A stretch of DNA of 64,000 nt from Deinococcus sp. (GCA_965261005.1 OZ253375.1:1216001-1280000); one strand, 5' to 3'; positions 41,943 through 54,601 are shown, counted from the first letter of the stretch. The notes: a model not told the origin generated them from the sequence alone. Numbers and translations are program-made.

Positions 41943-42008
41943 GTTCCCAGTGTACCCCTTAAGATGAGCGGCCCGGTCAGCTTTGGGGTTCCCGGTTATG
42001 CTGCCCCC

Positions 42009-42974
42009 GTGCGAATCGCGGTGGTGGGCGGCGGCGTGGCGGGCGGCGCGCTCGCGTACTTCGCCTCTCTGCGCGGCGCCGAGGTGATTTTGGTGGACGC
42101 GGGCGAAGGGGCCGCCTCGACCGTGCCGGCCGCCCTGATCAACCCGGTGCGCGGTCAGGGTGGAACAGTGGACCCGGACGCCGTGGCGGGCGCCAAGCTG
42201 ACTTGGCAGCTGGTCGGGAGCTTGGTTCGGGCCGGTCATTCGGTGCCGCACGGCCGAACCGGCGTGCGGCGCCCGGTGCCGGGTGAAGACACGCGGCGGC
42301 GCTGGGCGGCCAATTTGCCGCCCGACTTGGAGCACGCCTGGCTGGAACCCGGGACGGTTTCTGGCTTGGCGGACGGTTGGCACGCCGTCCTGGACTTGCC
42401 GCTGGGCGGCTGGCTGGACGGGGCGGCTTTCTGCGCCGCCCTGAGGGCGGCCAGCGGCGCTCAGGTGGTTTCCGGCTGGGCAGCCAAGCTGGAGGCCGGG
42501 CGGGTGACGCTCGAAGAGGGCGACACCATCGAGGCCGACCGGGTAATCTTCGCCGGCGGCTCCGTTGGCGCCTCGCGCCTCGGCTGGCCGGGCCAGCACC
42601 GGGCGGGCAGCGTGCTGCTGCTGGAGCGCTCGCCCGTCACGGTGCCGCTCAGCTTCGGCGTGTACGCCACGCCGGCGGCGGGGGGCGGGGTCCTCGGGGC
42701 CAGCTTCGAGGCGCCCAGCCCCGAGTACGCGCCAAACGGCTTGCCCTCGGAGTCGCTGGCGTGGCTGCTGGCGGGCGCGGGGCGCCTGCTGCGGAGCGAG
42801 TTGCTAAAGCAAACCGGCAGCTGGACCGGCAGCCGCCTTTCGACCCGCTGTGTCGGCCGGCGGGCGGACGGTACCTGGGCGCTCACCGGGCTGGGGTCCA
42901 AGGGTTTTTTATTGGGGCCGCTGCTGGCGCGGCGCATGATAGAGGCGCTATGGCCAAGTACACCATCTGTCTGA
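42009..42974 (+). CDS. FAD-dependent oxidoreductase (DAO/MnmC-like)
   Basis: [23 protein letters not shown]...GP. Confidence 0.85.
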   Translation: MRIAVVGGGVAGGALAYFASLRGAEVILVDAGEGAASTVPAALINPVRGQGGTVDPDAVAGAKLTWQLVGSLVRAGHSVPHGRTGVRRPVPGEDTRRRWAANLPPDLEHAWLEPGTVSGLADGWHAVLDLPLGGWLDGAAFCAALRAASGAQVVSGWAAKLEAGRVTLEEGDTIEADRVIFAGGSVGASRLGWPGQHRAGSVLLLERSPVTVPLSFGVYATPAAGGGVLGASFEAPSPEYAPNGLPSESLAWLLAGAGRLLRSELLKQTGSWTGSRLSTRCVGRRADGTWALTGLGSKGFLLGPLLARRMIEALWPSTPSV

Positions 42975-43948
42975 TTGAAGGCGACGGCATCGGCCACGAG
43001 GTCGTGCCGGCGGCGCGCCGGGTGCTGGAGGCCCTCGGCGTGAACACCGAGTTCACGCACGCCTTCGCCGGCTACGAGCACTTTCTGGAGACCGGCCAGA
43101 GCGTGCCGGAAGAGACGTTGGAGCGGGTTCAGGCCGCCGACGCCACCCTGTTCGGCGCGGCCACCAGCCCCAACCACAAGCTGCCCGGCTTTTTCGGCGC
43201 CATCCGCTACCTGCGCCGCAAGCTGGATTTGTTCGCCAACGTGCGCCCGGCGAGAAGCTACCCGGTGCCAGGCAGCTTCGAGAACGTGGACTTGGTGCTG
43301 GTGCGCGAAAACACCGAGGGGCTGTACGTGGAGGGCGAGCGGCGCTACGGCGACACCGCCATCGCGGACGCCGTCATTACCGTGGGCGCATCGCGGCGCA
43401 TCGGCGAGTACGCCCTCAAGCTGGCCCGGCGCCGCCGCCGCGAGCTGAGCGTGGTCCACAAGGCCAACGTGCTGCCGGTGACGCAGGGGCTGTTTCTGGA
43501 GACGGTGCTGGAGGAGGCGCGCAACTACCCGGACGTCAAGACCACGCCCGTGATCGTGGACGCCTGCGCCATGCACCTCGTCCGCACGCCGCAACGCTTC
43601 GACGTGATCGTGGCGACCAACCTGTTCGGCGACATCCTCTCCGACCTCACCGCCGGCCTGACCGGGGGCCTGGGCCTCGCGCCCAGCGGCAACATCGGCG
43701 AGCGGCACGCGGTCTTCGAGAGCGTTCACGGCTCGGCCCCCGACATCGCGGGGCAGGGCGTGGCCAACCCGGTTGCCACGGTGCTCTCGGCGGCGATGCT
43801 GCTCGACCACCTCGGCGAGGCCGCACAGGCGCGGCGCCTCACGGCGGCCGTGGAGGACGTGTTGCAGGGGGGTCCCAGAACGCGTGACCTCGGCGGCACG
43901 GCCGGCACCGAGGCGCTCACGCGGGCGCTGATCGCCCGCCTGGCCTGA
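42950..43948 (+). CDS. hicd: Homoisocitrate/isocitrate dehydrogenase (alpha-aminoadipate lysine pathway)
   Basis: [63 protein letters not shown]; matches Thermus HICDH as recalled. Confidence 0.88.
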   Translation: MAKYTICLIEGDGIGHEVVPAARRVLEALGVNTEFTHAFAGYEHFLETGQSVPEETLERVQAADATLFGAATSPNHKLPGFFGAIRYLRRKLDLFANVRPARSYPVPGSFENVDLVLVRENTEGLYVEGERRYGDTAIADAVITVGASRRIGEYALKLARRRRRELSVVHKANVLPVTQGLFLETVLEEARNYPDVKTTPVIVDACAMHLVRTPQRFDVIVATNLFGDILSDLTAGLTGGLGLAPSGNIGERHAVFESVHGSAPDIAGQGVANPVATVLSAAMLLDHLGEAAQARRLTAAVEDVLQGGPRTRDLGGTAGTEALTRALIARLA

Positions 43949-43956
43949 CCCTTCTA

Positions 43957-43983
43957 TGAGATTTTCTTCATGAAGAATTTCAC
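43957..43983. promoter_or_regulatory. Candidate operator upstream of pilM
   Basis: Perfect palindrome TTCTTCATGAAGAA (43964-43977) within overlapping CRP-like TGAGA-N6-TCATG and CATGA-N6-TCACG. Confidence 0.45.
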
Positions 43984-44084
43984 GCTGGGGCCGTTCTTTT
44001 GCGACAAAACCGGCTTGAGGAAAATTCTCTATTGGCTTTTGATGAAAAGATGCTAAAGTGAGCTGCATCCAGGAGGATGAAGTT

Positions 44085-45252
<1,168 letters not shown>

Positions 45253-45260
<8 letters not shown>

Positions 45261-45915
45261 TGTCAACCTGCTTCCAAAGGACTTGCGCCGCGCCGGTGGG
45301 CCGGATTACTGGCGCGTCGGCGCCGGCGCCCTGGCCCTCACCGCGCTGATCAGCATGCTGGCCTTGCAGCTCTCGGTGAGCAGCACGCTCGGCAGGCTCA
45401 ACCGCCAGATTGACGAGGCCAACTCGGAGATCACCAGCCTCGCTCCCAACGTCCGCGAGCGCGACCAGCTGCGCGCGCAGCAGACCCAGCTGATCGCCGT
45501 GACCGGCGTGGCCAACACCTTAAAGGCCGGCCAAACGTCGTGGAGCGCGGACCTGGCGCGCTTCGTGCAGCAACTGCCACGAGCCGCCTCACCGCTCATC
45601 GCCCTCAACTCGCTGAACATGCGCAAGGTGGACGCCGCCGCCGGAAGCGCCCAAGGTGGCGCCTACGACGGCAAGCTGGTCACCAAGGAGGTGCAGGTGA
45701 ACGGCAAGGCGCGCTCCAGCGACGCCCTGGTGCGCTTTGTCAACGCCTTTGAGCAGTCGCCTGACTTCGGCGTGCAGTTTCAAAACGCGCAGCGCGAGGC
45801 CCAGGGCGGCGACTACACCTTCGCCGTCACGGTGGGCTTGGTGGGCGAGCCGCCCGCCACTCAAACGGGAACCGGGGCGGACACGCTCGCGCCGGCCAGC
45901 TTGGGAGGACGCTGA
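45253..45915 (+). CDS. pilN: Type IV pilus assembly protein PilN
   Basis: VNLLP motif, TM, coiled coil; follows pilM. Confidence 0.88.
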
Positions 45916-46610
45916 TGCGCGGCCTTTCCCCGAGCACCTTTTCCCTGAGCAAGCTGAGGGGCCGCGACGTCTTTTTGCTGACCTTGGCGCTGGTTGTGCT
46001 GGTCGTGATGCTGTGGTACTTCTGGCTGTACAGCGCGAGCAAGCAGCAGATTGATACCCAAAGCGGCACGCTCGACGGCTTGCAAACGCAGGTACAGGCG
46101 TCCAGGCAGGCCACGGCGGAACTGCCCGCCCTGCGCGAAAACGTCGCGCGGCTGGAGGTACAGCGCGACGAGCTGCTGCGCGCCTTGCCGGCCACGGCCA
46201 AGTTCGGCGCCGTGCTGAGCGAGATTCGCAGCAACGTAATGGCCGCCGGCGCCGAGTTGACCGGCGTCACGCAGGCGGCCGGCGCGGCGGCCAACTTGCC
46301 GCCGGGCGTGCGGCCCATCGGCATCAATCTGAACGTGACCGGCACCTTCGAGCAGCTGTACGGCGTGCTGCGCTCCTTGGAGGACATGAGCCGCTTTTCG
46401 ACCGTGGGTGCCGTCGGCCTCACGCTGGGGCAGGCCACCAGCTTCGATCCGGACTTGACCGGCCAAGTCGGCGTCACGGTCTACACCTTCGATCCGGCCG
46501 CCGCCGGGGCTGCCAGCAGCGCGCCAGGAGCCGCCCCGGCCGCCCCAGCAGCGCCCGCCGCCCCAGCACCGGCCACCCCAACACCGGCCGCTCCCGGAGG
46601 GAACGGATGA
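45915..46610 (+). CDS. pilO: Type IV pilus assembly protein PilO
   Basis: TM, coiled coil, LP....., V.G.F..L...L..LE...R; synteny. Confidence 0.85.
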   Translation: MRGLSPSTFSLSKLRGRDVFLLTLALVVLVVMLWYFWLYSASKQQIDTQSGTLDGLQTQVQASRQATAELPALRENVARLEVQRDELLRALPATAKFGAVLSEIRSNVMAAGAELTGVTQAAGAAANLPPGVRPIGINLNVTGTFEQLYGVLRSLEDMSRFSTVGAVGLTLGQATSFDPDLTGQVGVTVYTFDPAAAGAASSAPGAAPAAPAAPAAPAPATPTPAAPGGNG

Positions 46611-47821
46611 CCAGCAACGCCCTGAAACTCACGCGCGAAATGAAGATCGCCTTGACCGTGTTGGTCGCCGGCGGGGCGCTGGGAGGCGTCTACCTGTGGA
46701 GCGCGTCCCGCACCCCCGAAAGCGCCCCGACCAGCGCCACCGCTGCGAGCGCCGCGCCCAGCACGCCCACAGCCGGCACCGCGCCGGCCACAACGCCGAC
46801 AACGCCGGCGCCGACGGGCGCAGCCACGCCCGAGGGCAGCGTCGAGCGTCCCAAGCGCGCCGCCGAGCCGCAGCAGATTCCGTTTCTGACAACGACCCCA
46901 CCCGCCCAGCCCAAAGCTCAGGCGCCCAAGCCCGTTCAGACGGGTAACTTGAACGCGGCGCTACCCAACCCGTTTCGTCCCTTCAGCGTCGAGAATAGCG
47001 GCGCGGACACGGCCGTCACGCCGCCGAACATCGGCGCCATTCCGGCGCCCATCGTTCCCGGCGCCGGAATGGCGAGCGCGCCCACCGTCCGGCCAGGAGG
47101 CTTCCAACCGGGCAGCGCTCAGCCGGGTATCGGCGCCCCCATCGCGCTGCCTAGCATTGGCGTGAACGCGGCCCCGTTTCCCATGCCGACCGTGCCGGGG
47201 GCGCCGCGCGTCGTGCCGGTGCCGAGGGGGGCGCCGGGCGCCCTCGCCGGCACGCCGTCCACTTCGGGCGCGGGAACCGCACCGCCGGCCGCCCCCGTCC
47301 CCATCCCGGCGCCCGCGCCGGTGAAGCCGCCCGTGCCCGCTCTGCGCGCGCCAAGCGTGACCCCGGCCCTCAGCACGCCGGCCAACTTGGCCTCAAGCGC
47401 CGTGACCTCAAGCAACCCGGCCGCAACCCCGCCCACCTCGGGCGCGGGCGCGCCAAGTGCTGCCACGCCAGGTACGGGCGCCGTCCAGCCCAGCCTCGCC
47501 GCACCCGCCTTGGTGGCCGAACTCGGCACGACCCCGGCGACCCCTGGCGCGCCCGCGCAGGCCGCGGCGCCCGAAACGCCCACACCGCTGGCCGCGCCCG
47601 ATCCCCTGAGCGCCTACATCGCGGGGCGCGACCTCAGTTACAACGCCGTGGTGCTGGGGCCGGTCAACACCGGCATCTTTCAAACGAAGAGCGGCTACGT
47701 GGTGGTGTCCATCGGCCAAAAGCTGCCGGACAGCAACATCGTGGTCCGGGACATCACGGCCTCGGCGGTCACGCTGGCGCTGGGCAACTCGCAAAAAACC
47801 CTTGAGCTTGACAAAAGGTGA
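46607..47821 (+). CDS. Pro/Ala-rich pilus accessory protein (position of Thermus PilW)
   Basis: TM, NPF.P motif, long PAT-rich linker, small C-terminal beta domain; lies between pilO and pilQ. Confidence 0.65.
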   Translation: MTSNALKLTREMKIALTVLVAGGALGGVYLWSASRTPESAPTSATAASAAPSTPTAGTAPATTPTTPAPTGAATPEGSVERPKRAAEPQQIPFLTTTPPAQPKAQAPKPVQTGNLNAALPNPFRPFSVENSGADTAVTPPNIGAIPAPIVPGAGMASAPTVRPGGFQPGSAQPGIGAPIALPSIGVNAAPFPMPTVPGAPRVVPVPRGAPGALAGTPSTSGAGTAPPAAPVPIPAPAPVKPPVPALRAPSVTPALSTPANLASSAVTSSNPAATPPTSGAGAPSAATPGTGAVQPSLAAPALVAELGTTPATPGAPAQAAAPETPTPLAAPDPLSAYIAGRDLSYNAVVLGPVNTGIFQTKSGYVVVSIGQKLPDSNIVVRDITASAVTLALGNSQKTLELDKR

Positions 47822-47824
47822 TTC

Positions 47825-49834
47825 ATGAAAAGACACAGCTTGGCCTTGTTGTTGACGTCCGCCCTGACCCTCGCCGGCGCGCAAAGCGCCGACGGCCCCG
47901 CGACCAGCAGCCCGGTTGACGCGCGCCTGACCCCCGCGCCGGTCAGCATGGAGATCGGCCGCTACACCGGCCCCCTCTCCTCGCTGCTGGCCGCCGTCGC
48001 CAAGGCCGCCGGCTACGAGCTGATTCTAGACGTGAGCGTGGACGCGCTGCCGGGGGCCGGTTCGGTCGCGCCGGTGGGCACGCCCGGCGCTCAGGGGGCC
48101 GCTGCCCAAGCTGCTTCCTCAGGGGCGGGTGGTCTCGCCGGGGACAAGCCGGTGGTCTACAACTTCTCCGGCAAGCCCTTCAACGAGGTCTGGCCGCTGC
48201 TGCTCGACATCTACGGCCTGAGCTACGAGGTGGTCAAGGTCGGCGGACAGCAGGTCTTGCGGGTCTCGAACGCGCCCATTCAGCGCGTGATCAAGCTAGC
48301 CAACGCCAACGCCGCCGACGCGGTCAACCAGGTCAAGCTGTTCTTCGGCACCCCGCAGTACGCCGAGACCCAGCAAAAGGACGCCCAAGGCAACGTGACC
48401 AGCACGGTCCGGACCCTGATGGACGTGACGCTCGACTCCCCCACCCTGCGCATCGTGCCCGATTTGCGCACCAACAGCTTGATCGTGCGCGGCACCAACA
48501 AGGAGATCGAGGCGGTCGAGAAGCTGGCCGCCGAAATCGACAAGACCGGCGACAAGGCGGACGCGAGCACCGCCAACCCGGTCGCGCAGCGGGTCTACAG
48601 CGCCAAGGGCGACGCGGCCGACATCAGCGCCCTGCTGGCCGCGCAGTACCCCAACTTGCGCGTGACGACCGTCGGCAAAACCGGGCAGCTGGTCGTGACC
48701 GGCCCCAGCAACCAGCTCGACGCCGCCTTCAGCTTGCTGGCGCAGGTGGATAAGCCCACCGTCGTGACGGTGGGGCCGCCCGTCGTGCAGCGTATCTTCC
48801 AGTTGTCCAACGCTAAGGCGCAAGACGTCAAGGACGTGCTGCTGGGCACCATTGGCAACGCCAACAACGTGCGCTCGGCCTTTGGCAACACCGACCTGTC
48901 GCAGGGGGCCAACATCGGCGACGCCGCAGTGGTCCAGCCGGCGGCGCTGCCGGGGCTGCCAACCCCGCTGCCGACCGCCGCGCCCGCCGCCGGCGCGGCC
49001 GAAAACGCTCAGGGCACGAACGCCGCCCCCGCCGCCGGCGTGAACGCCAACCCCAACACGCCCGCCCTCTCGATCATCGCCGACCCGCGCAGCAACAGCT
49101 TGATCGTGCGCGGCACCGAGGGACAAATCGCCCAGGTGGCCGAGCTGATCCCGACCCTTGACGTGCGCGTGCCCGCCATCAACGTGGAGCTGCGCATTCA
49201 GGAGATCAGCGAGACCGGGTCGCGCTCGCTGGGCCTCGATTGGACGGCCGGCTTCGGCAACTTCGTGACCAAGATCATCGGCGGCTCGCTGACCGCGCTG
49301 TTTGACATCACCCAAAGTTCGGCCGGCTTCAACATCGGCGCGACCCTCAACGCCTTGGAGCAGCAGGGCTTCACCAAGCGGGTCAACGACGCCAACGTCA
49401 CCCTGTTCAGCGGCCAAACCACGCCGGCCATTGTCAAGTCGGGCGGCCAGATCTTCGTCAACTTGGTCGGCACCCAAACGACCATTCAGCGCCAGATCGA
49501 CTACGGCGTGACCGTTCAGCTCTCCAACCCGCAAGTCTCCCCCGACGGCACCATCAAGTTCGACGTGCAAAGCGCCGTCAAGGACACCCTCGGCGACATC
49601 ACCAACCCCAACCTGATTCAGCTGACCAACCGCGAGGCGCAGACCAGCATCGCGCTCAAGTCGGGGCAAACGGCGCTGCTGGGCGGCCTGTTGTCCAACA
49701 CCGAGCGCAACACGACCCAGGGCGTGCCCTTTTTGTCGAGCATTCCGGTGATCGGCAACCTGTTCAAAACGCAGGTCAGCAGCAGCGAGCGCTCGCAGCT
49801 GCTGCTGGTCGTGACCGCCAACGTCGTCGAGTGA
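47825..49834 (+). CDS. pilQ: Secretin PilQ
   Basis: Signal peptide; N-domains (D.R.NSLIVRG); secretin core GQT..LGGL, GVPFLSSIP.IG.LF. Confidence 0.9.
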   Translation: MKRHSLALLLTSALTLAGAQSADGPATSSPVDARLTPAPVSMEIGRYTGPLSSLLAAVAKAAGYELILDVSVDALPGAGSVAPVGTPGAQGAAAQAASSGAGGLAGDKPVVYNFSGKPFNEVWPLLLDIYGLSYEVVKVGGQQVLRVSNAPIQRVIKLANANAADAVNQVKLFFGTPQYAETQQKDAQGNVTSTVRTLMDVTLDSPTLRIVPDLRTNSLIVRGTNKEIEAVEKLAAEIDKTGDKADASTANPVAQRVYSAKGDAADISALLAAQYPNLRVTTVGKTGQLVVTGPSNQLDAAFSLLAQVDKPTVVTVGPPVVQRIFQLSNAKAQDVKDVLLGTIGNANNVRSAFGNTDLSQGANIGDAAVVQPAALPGLPTPLPTAAPAAGAAENAQGTNAAPAAGVNANPNTPALSIIADPRSNSLIVRGTEGQIAQVAELIPTLDVRVPAINVELRIQEISETGSRSLGLDWTAGFGNFVTKIIGGSLTALFDITQSSAGFNIGATLNALEQQGFTKRVNDANVTLFSGQTTPAIVKSGGQIFVNLVGTQTTIQRQIDYGVTVQLSNPQVSPDGTIKFDVQSAVKDTLGDITNPNLIQLTNREAQTSIALKSGQTALLGGLLSNTERNTTQGVPFLSSIPVIGNLFKTQVSSSERSQLLLVVTANVVE

Positions 49835-49860
49835 ACGTCGTCGAGTAGCGGGACAAACAG

Positions 49861-49892
49861 AATGGGCGGGGGCCAGCTGCCCCCGCCCATTT
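49861..49892 (+). terminator. Terminator-like hairpin after pilQ
   Basis: Perfect 13-bp IR AATGGGCGGGGGC/GCCCCCGCCCATT with only a short T tail. Confidence 0.65.
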
Positions 49893-49906
49893 GCTAGAGT
49901 CCGGTC

Positions 49907-51055
49907 ATGAGGTTCTTGACGGCGGGCGAATCGCACGGGCCGCAGCTGACGGCCATCCTGGAGGGTGTGCCGGCGGGGCTTTCACTGACCAAGGCCGACA
50001 TCGACCCGTGGCTGGCCCGCCGCCAAGGCGGCTACGGGCGCGGGCGGCGCATGGTGATCGAGCGCGACGAGGTGCAGTTTTTGTCGGGGGTGCGGGCCGG
50101 GCGTACCACCGGCGGCCCCATCACGCTGATGATCGAGAACAAAGACTGGCGCAACTGGTCCGAGATCATGGCGCCGGAGCCGGGGAGCGAGCCGCGCAAA
50201 AAGGCGCTGACGGCGGCCCGGCCCGGCCACGCCGACCTCGCGGGCGGCATCAAGTACCGCCACCGCGATTTGCGCGACGTGCTGGAGCGCGCCTCGGCCC
50301 GGGAGACGGCGGCGCGCGTGGCGGTGGGGGCGGTGGCCCTCAAGCTGCTCTCCGTGCTAGGCGTGCGCGGCGCCAGCCACGTGGTCGCGCTGGGCGGCGT
50401 CGAGAGCGAGGTGCCCTTCGATTGGGGCCAGCTCGGCGCCATCGAGGCCAGCCCGTTGCGCTGCCTGGACGCGGCGGCGGAAGCGCGCATGATCGAACGC
50501 ATTGACCAGGCCAAGCGGGACGGCGACACGCTGGGCGGCGTGATCGAGGTGCGCTTCGCGGGCCTACCGGTGGGCCTCGGCAGCTTCGTCCAGTGGGACC
50601 GCAAGCTGGACGGGCGCGTGGCGCAGGCCGTGATGAGCGTACAGGCCATCAAGGGCGTGGAAGTCGGCCTGGGCTTCGCGGCGGCGTCCCGTCCCGGCAG
50701 CGCCGTTCACGACGCGGTCTTTTTGCGCGAAGGGGGCTACGCGCGCGACACCAACGGCGCGGGCGGTCTGGAGGGCGGCATGACCAACGGCGAGGACTTG
50801 GTCGTGCGCGCCGCCATGAAACCCATCGCCACCTTGATGCGGCCCTTGCCCACCGTGGACGTGGCGACCCACGAAGCGGCCGACGCCGCTCGCGAGCGCT
50901 CGGACACGACGGCCGTGCCGGCGGCGGGCGTGATTTTAGAAAGCGTTGTGGGCTGGACCCTCGCGGACGCGCTGTTGGAAAAGTTCGGCGGCGACAGCTT
51001 GGAGGAACTCGCCGGGCGCGTGCGCGCGGAGCGCGAGCACGCCGCCGCGTATTAA
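49907..51055 (+). CDS. aroC: Chorismate synthase
   Basis: [41 protein letters not shown]. Confidence 0.97.
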   Translation: MRFLTAGESHGPQLTAILEGVPAGLSLTKADIDPWLARRQGGYGRGRRMVIERDEVQFLSGVRAGRTTGGPITLMIENKDWRNWSEIMAPEPGSEPRKKALTAARPGHADLAGGIKYRHRDLRDVLERASARETAARVAVGAVALKLLSVLGVRGASHVVALGGVESEVPFDWGQLGAIEASPLRCLDAAAEARMIERIDQAKRDGDTLGGVIEVRFAGLPVGLGSFVQWDRKLDGRVAQAVMSVQAIKGVEVGLGFAAASRPGSAVHDAVFLREGGYARDTNGAGGLEGGMTNGEDLVVRAAMKPIATLMRPLPTVDVATHEAADAARERSDTTAVPAAGVILESVVGWTLADALLEKFGGDSLEELAGRVRAEREHAAAY

Positions 51056-51101
51056 AGTAGTAAATCCGGGCGCCCACCGCCCAGATTGGCCGCTGATTCC
51101 C

Positions 51102-51662
51102 ATGACCTTTTCATTGCACCCGCCCATCGAGCGCCCCGTCAGCTGGGTAGCGCTGGCGGGCTTTATGGGCACCGGCAAGAGCCGTGTCGGCTGGGAACTG
51201 TCGCGCGCCTTGGCGCTGCACTTCGTGGACACCGACAAGCTGATCGCGCGGGTGGCCGGGCGCAGCGTGGAGGAGCTGTTCGCGCGTGAGGGCGAGGCGC
51301 GCTTCCGCCTCTACGAGCGCGAGGTGGTGCGCCGGGTGGTGCGGCTCGACTGCGCGGTGGTCAGCCTGGGCGGCGGCGCCTTTGTCTCGCCGCACAACAG
51401 AAGTGACCTGTTGTCGCGCGGCCCGGTGGTGGTGCTGTGGGCCTCGCCCGAAACGGTCCTAAGGCGCACCCGCCGCTCCGGGCGACCCTTACTGGAGGGG
51501 GCCGAGCCGCTGGAGCGCATCCGATCTCTGATGGCCGAGCGCGAGGGCCTCTACCGCGAGGGCGACATTCATGTGTCCAGCGACGAGCGCGACTCGGCCG
51601 AGGTGGTCGCCGAGGTGATCGAGAAGCTGTGGGCCTGGCGGGAGGCGGGGCATGAAGATTGA
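51102..51662 (+). CDS. aroK: Shikimate kinase
   Basis: [24 protein letters not shown]. Confidence 0.95.
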   Translation: MTFSLHPPIERPVSWVALAGFMGTGKSRVGWELSRALALHFVDTDKLIARVAGRSVEELFAREGEARFRLYEREVVRRVVRLDCAVVSLGGGAFVSPHNRSDLLSRGPVVVLWASPETVLRRTRRSGRPLLEGAEPLERIRSLMAEREGLYREGDIHVSSDERDSAEVVAEVIEKLWAWREAGHED

Positions 51663-52698
51663 GGTCGGTGGCGCTCGTCCCTCCAGCGTGCAGGTCGGGC
51701 GCGATCTGCTGGGCAAGTTGAGCGTCCCGGAGCGGCGCCGCGCCCTGATCGTGGACGCGGGGGTGCCAAGAAGCTGGCGCGAAAAGGTCAGTGCAGCCCT
51801 GAACCTGGACGTGGTGGTCGAGGTGCCGGCCGGCGACGCTTGCAAGACCCCCGAGGTCTGGGCGCGCGTGCAGTCCGAGTTGGCGCGCTCGGCGTTGCCC
51901 AGGGACGCGGCCGTGATCGGGCTGGGCGGCGGGGCGACAACTGACCTGGCCGGCTTCGTGGCCGCGACCTACCTGCGCGGCGTGGCTTACTACAACTTGC
52001 CCACCACGCTGCTCGCCCAGGTAGACGCGGCCGTGGGAGGCAAGACCGGCCTGAACTTGCCGGAGGGGAAAAATTTGGTGGGCGCCTTTTCCCCCGCAAA
52101 GGCGGTCTGGTGCGACGTGGACATCTTGGGCAGCTTGCCGGGGGCGGTCTTCCGCGATGGGGCCGCCGAAGTGTTCAAGCACGGCTTGATCGCGGACCAA
52201 GCATTGTGCGGGGCCGTGCTGGCGCCGGGCTTTGGCCCACGAGCGCCGGGGTTGGAGGACACGGTCGCCGCCGCCATCCGCGTCAAGGCGGAGGTCGTGA
52301 CCCGTGATCCCTTGGAGCGCGGCGAGCGCGCCCACCTCAACTTCGGGCACACCTTGGCGCACGCTTTGGAGGCGGCGACGAACCACGCCGTCAGCCACGG
52401 CGAGGCGGTCGGCTACGGGATGCACTACGCCGCGCTGCTGTCAAGTGTATTGGGCGGCGCCGACCTGACCGACCTGACGCGGCGCTTTCTGCGCTACCAA
52501 CGCCCTGGGCCGCTGCCCGACCTTTCCTGGGACGCCCTCTCCCCCTTCGTCGCCCGCGACAAAAAGGCGGACGCCGACGGGGTGCGCTTCGTGCTGCTGC
52601 GCGACGTGGGCCAGCCCTATCTAGCGCGTGTTCCGACCGAGCGGTTGCGCGCCACCTACGCGACCTTTCGCTTGGAACTGGCGGACATGCTTGAATAG
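51652..52698 (+). CDS. aroB: 3-dehydroquinate synthase
   Basis: GGG...[40 protein letters not shown]. Confidence 0.96.
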   Translation: MKIEVGGARPSSVQVGRDLLGKLSVPERRRALIVDAGVPRSWREKVSAALNLDVVVEVPAGDACKTPEVWARVQSELARSALPRDAAVIGLGGGATTDLAGFVAATYLRGVAYYNLPTTLLAQVDAAVGGKTGLNLPEGKNLVGAFSPAKAVWCDVDILGSLPGAVFRDGAAEVFKHGLIADQALCGAVLAPGFGPRAPGLEDTVAAAIRVKAEVVTRDPLERGERAHLNFGHTLAHALEAATNHAVSHGEAVGYGMHYAALLSSVLGGADLTDLTRRFLRYQRPGPLPDLSWDALSPFVARDKKADADGVRFVLLRDVGQPYLARVPTERLRATYATFRLELADMLE

Positions 52699-52701
52699 AA
52701 C

Positions 52702-53139
52702 ATGATCCTCGTCCTGAACGGGCCGAACCTCAACCTGCTGGGCAGCCGCGAGCCGGAGGTGTACGGCCGCGAGACCCTCGACGACCTGGAAACCTCTTGC
52801 GAGGCGTGGGGCGCCGACCTCGGCGTCGCCGTCGCCTGCCGCCACAGCAACCACGAGGGCTACCTGATCGAGTGGCTGCACGAGGCGGCCAGCTCGGGCT
52901 TCACCGGGGTCGTCCTCAACCCCGGCGCCCTGACGCACTACAGCTACGCCCTGCGCGACGCCATCGCCGGGCAAACGCTGCCGGTTGTAGAAGTACATAT
53001 CTCCAACGTGGACGCCCGCGAAGCGTTTCGGCACACTTCCGTGACGGCCGGCGTGTGTAAGGGAAAGATCAGCGGTTTGGGGTTCACCGGGTATAGATTG
53101 GCGATGGAGTATTTGGTGGAAGCGGGCGAGGGGACTTGA
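52702..53139 (+). CDS. aroQ: Type II 3-dehydroquinate dehydratase
   Basis: [34 protein letters not shown]. Confidence 0.97.
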   Translation: MILVLNGPNLNLLGSREPEVYGRETLDDLETSCEAWGADLGVAVACRHSNHEGYLIEWLHEAASSGFTGVVLNPGALTHYSYALRDAIAGQTLPVVEVHISNVDAREAFRHTSVTAGVCKGKISGLGFTGYRLAMEYLVEAGEGT

Positions 53140-53153
53140 GTCGGGAGGGCTTG

Positions 53154-53354
53154 ATGCGCTACAAGATTGCGCTGCACCGGGACGAGGAGGGCGTCAGCGT
53201 GTTCGTGCCGGGCTTGCCGGGGTGCTGGTCGCAGGGGGCGGACGAGGCCGAGGCGCTGGTCAACATCGCGGACGCGATTCGTGAGTACCTCGCCGTTCGC
53301 GACGAGTTGTTGCGGGGTGAGGCCGAGGTCCGAGAAGTCGAGGTCGCGGTTTAA
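53154..53354 (+). CDS. hicB: HicB-family antitoxin (short)
   Basis: VPGLPGC.SQG....EAL.NI.DAI. Confidence 0.88.
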   Translation: MRYKIALHRDEEGVSVFVPGLPGCWSQGADEAEALVNIADAIREYLAVRDELLRGEAEVREVEVAV

Positions 53355-53359
53355 CAGAA

Positions 53360-53572
53360 GTGGGCAAGATTCCTGGAGTCAACCATCTCGACGCGATTCG
53401 CGCCCTCGAAAAGGCGGGGTTCCGAGTGATGCGTCAAGGCAAGCATACCGTGATGTCCGACGGCCTACGTATTCTCGTTATCCCGCGCCATAATCCAGTG
53501 AACGCGTTCACGCTGGGCGGAATCGTGCGTGACGCGGGCCTCACGCCAGAAACATTTCGTAAGCTGTTGTAA
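53360..53572 (+). CDS. hicA: HicA-family mRNA interferase toxin
   Basis: LEKAGF...RQGKH, IP.H, TL.GI..DAGL. Confidence 0.88.
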   Translation: MGKIPGVNHLDAIRALEKAGFRVMRQGKHTVMSDGLRILVIPRHNPVNAFTLGGIVRDAGLTPETFRKLL

Positions 53573-53768
53573 CGCAGGGCGCGAGAACAGCCTTCCGGCG
53601 AGCGCCGTCTCTTCCCTTGAGCCGCCTCTTCCCCGCGTGCTACACTCCCCCCTGGTGTTTTGCGCTTGGTAGGGCCAAAACAGCCGGGCAGGCCCCGGAA
53701 CACGCGCTCCGTCCCCCGACCTAGAGCGCGCTGGTGAAGCGCCAAAACCACTTTTTCGGAGTTTGACG

Positions 53769-54194
53769 GTGAAAACCTACGTACCCAAGCAGACAGAGAA
53801 CAACTGGATCGTCGTGGACGCGGCGGGCATGCCGGTCGGGCGCCTCGCGACCGTGGTGGCCTCGCGCATTCGCGGCAAGCACCGCCCCGACTTCACGCCC
53901 AACATGGACCTCGGCGACTACGTGATCGTACTCAACGCTTCCAAGGCGACCTTCACGGGTGGCAAGCTCGACGGCAAGGTGTACACCCGCTACACCGGCT
54001 ACCAAGGTGGCCTGAAAAAGGAGACCGCCCGCGTCGCCCTGCAAAAGCACCCCGAGCGCGTGATCGAGCACGCCGTGTTTGGGATGCTGCCCAAGGGCCG
54101 GCTCGGCCGCACGCTGCACACCCACCTGAAGGTCTATGCCGGCGAGGCCCACCCACACGAGGCCCAGCAGCCCCAGAAGTTGGAGATCAAGTGA
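53769..54194 (+). CDS. rplM: 50S ribosomal protein L13
   Basis: W.VVDA, GRLA, GKH.P.FTP..D.GD, GMLPK. Confidence 0.97.
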   Translation: MKTYVPKQTENNWIVVDAAGMPVGRLATVVASRIRGKHRPDFTPNMDLGDYVIVLNASKATFTGGKLDGKVYTRYTGYQGGLKKETARVALQKHPERVIEHAVFGMLPKGRLGRTLHTHLKVYAGEAHPHEAQQPQKLEIK

Positions 54195-54586
54195 TGGCAA
54201 CCGAACAGTTTTACGGCACCGGCCGGCGCAAGGCCGCCATCGCGCGGGTCTTCCTCAAGCCCGGCGAGGGCAAGATCACGGTGAACGGCCAGGAGTTCCA
54301 GCAATACTTTCGCGGCATTCTGCGCGCCGTGTACGCGCTTCAGGCTTTCCGCGAGACCGGCACGCTGGGCCGCTACGACGCGACCATCAACGTGTCCGGC
54401 GGCGGCCCCGGCGGTCAGGCCGACGCCATCAAGCTGGGCATCGCCCGCGCCCTCCTCAAGGTGAACCCCGACTACCGCATCCAGCTCAAGCCGCACGGCC
54501 TCCTCACCCGTGACGCCCGCGAGGTCGAGAGCAAGAAGTACGGCCTGAAAAAGGCCCGCCGCGCGCCGCAGTTCAGCAAGCGCTGA
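54194..54586 (+). CDS. rpsI: 30S ribosomal protein S9
   Basis: [40 protein letters not shown]. Confidence 0.97.
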   Translation: MATEQFYGTGRRKAAIARVFLKPGEGKITVNGQEFQQYFRGILRAVYALQAFRETGTLGRYDATINVSGGGPGGQADAIKLGIARALLKVNPDYRIQLKPHGLLTRDAREVESKKYGLKKARRAPQFSKR

Positions 54587-54601
54587 GGCGGGCGTGTTTC
54601 T

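Noticed and set aside
46607..47821. Pro/Ala/Thr-rich sequence as a repeat array
   Set aside because: Low-complexity linker of a pilus accessory protein with no discrete periodic DNA unit.
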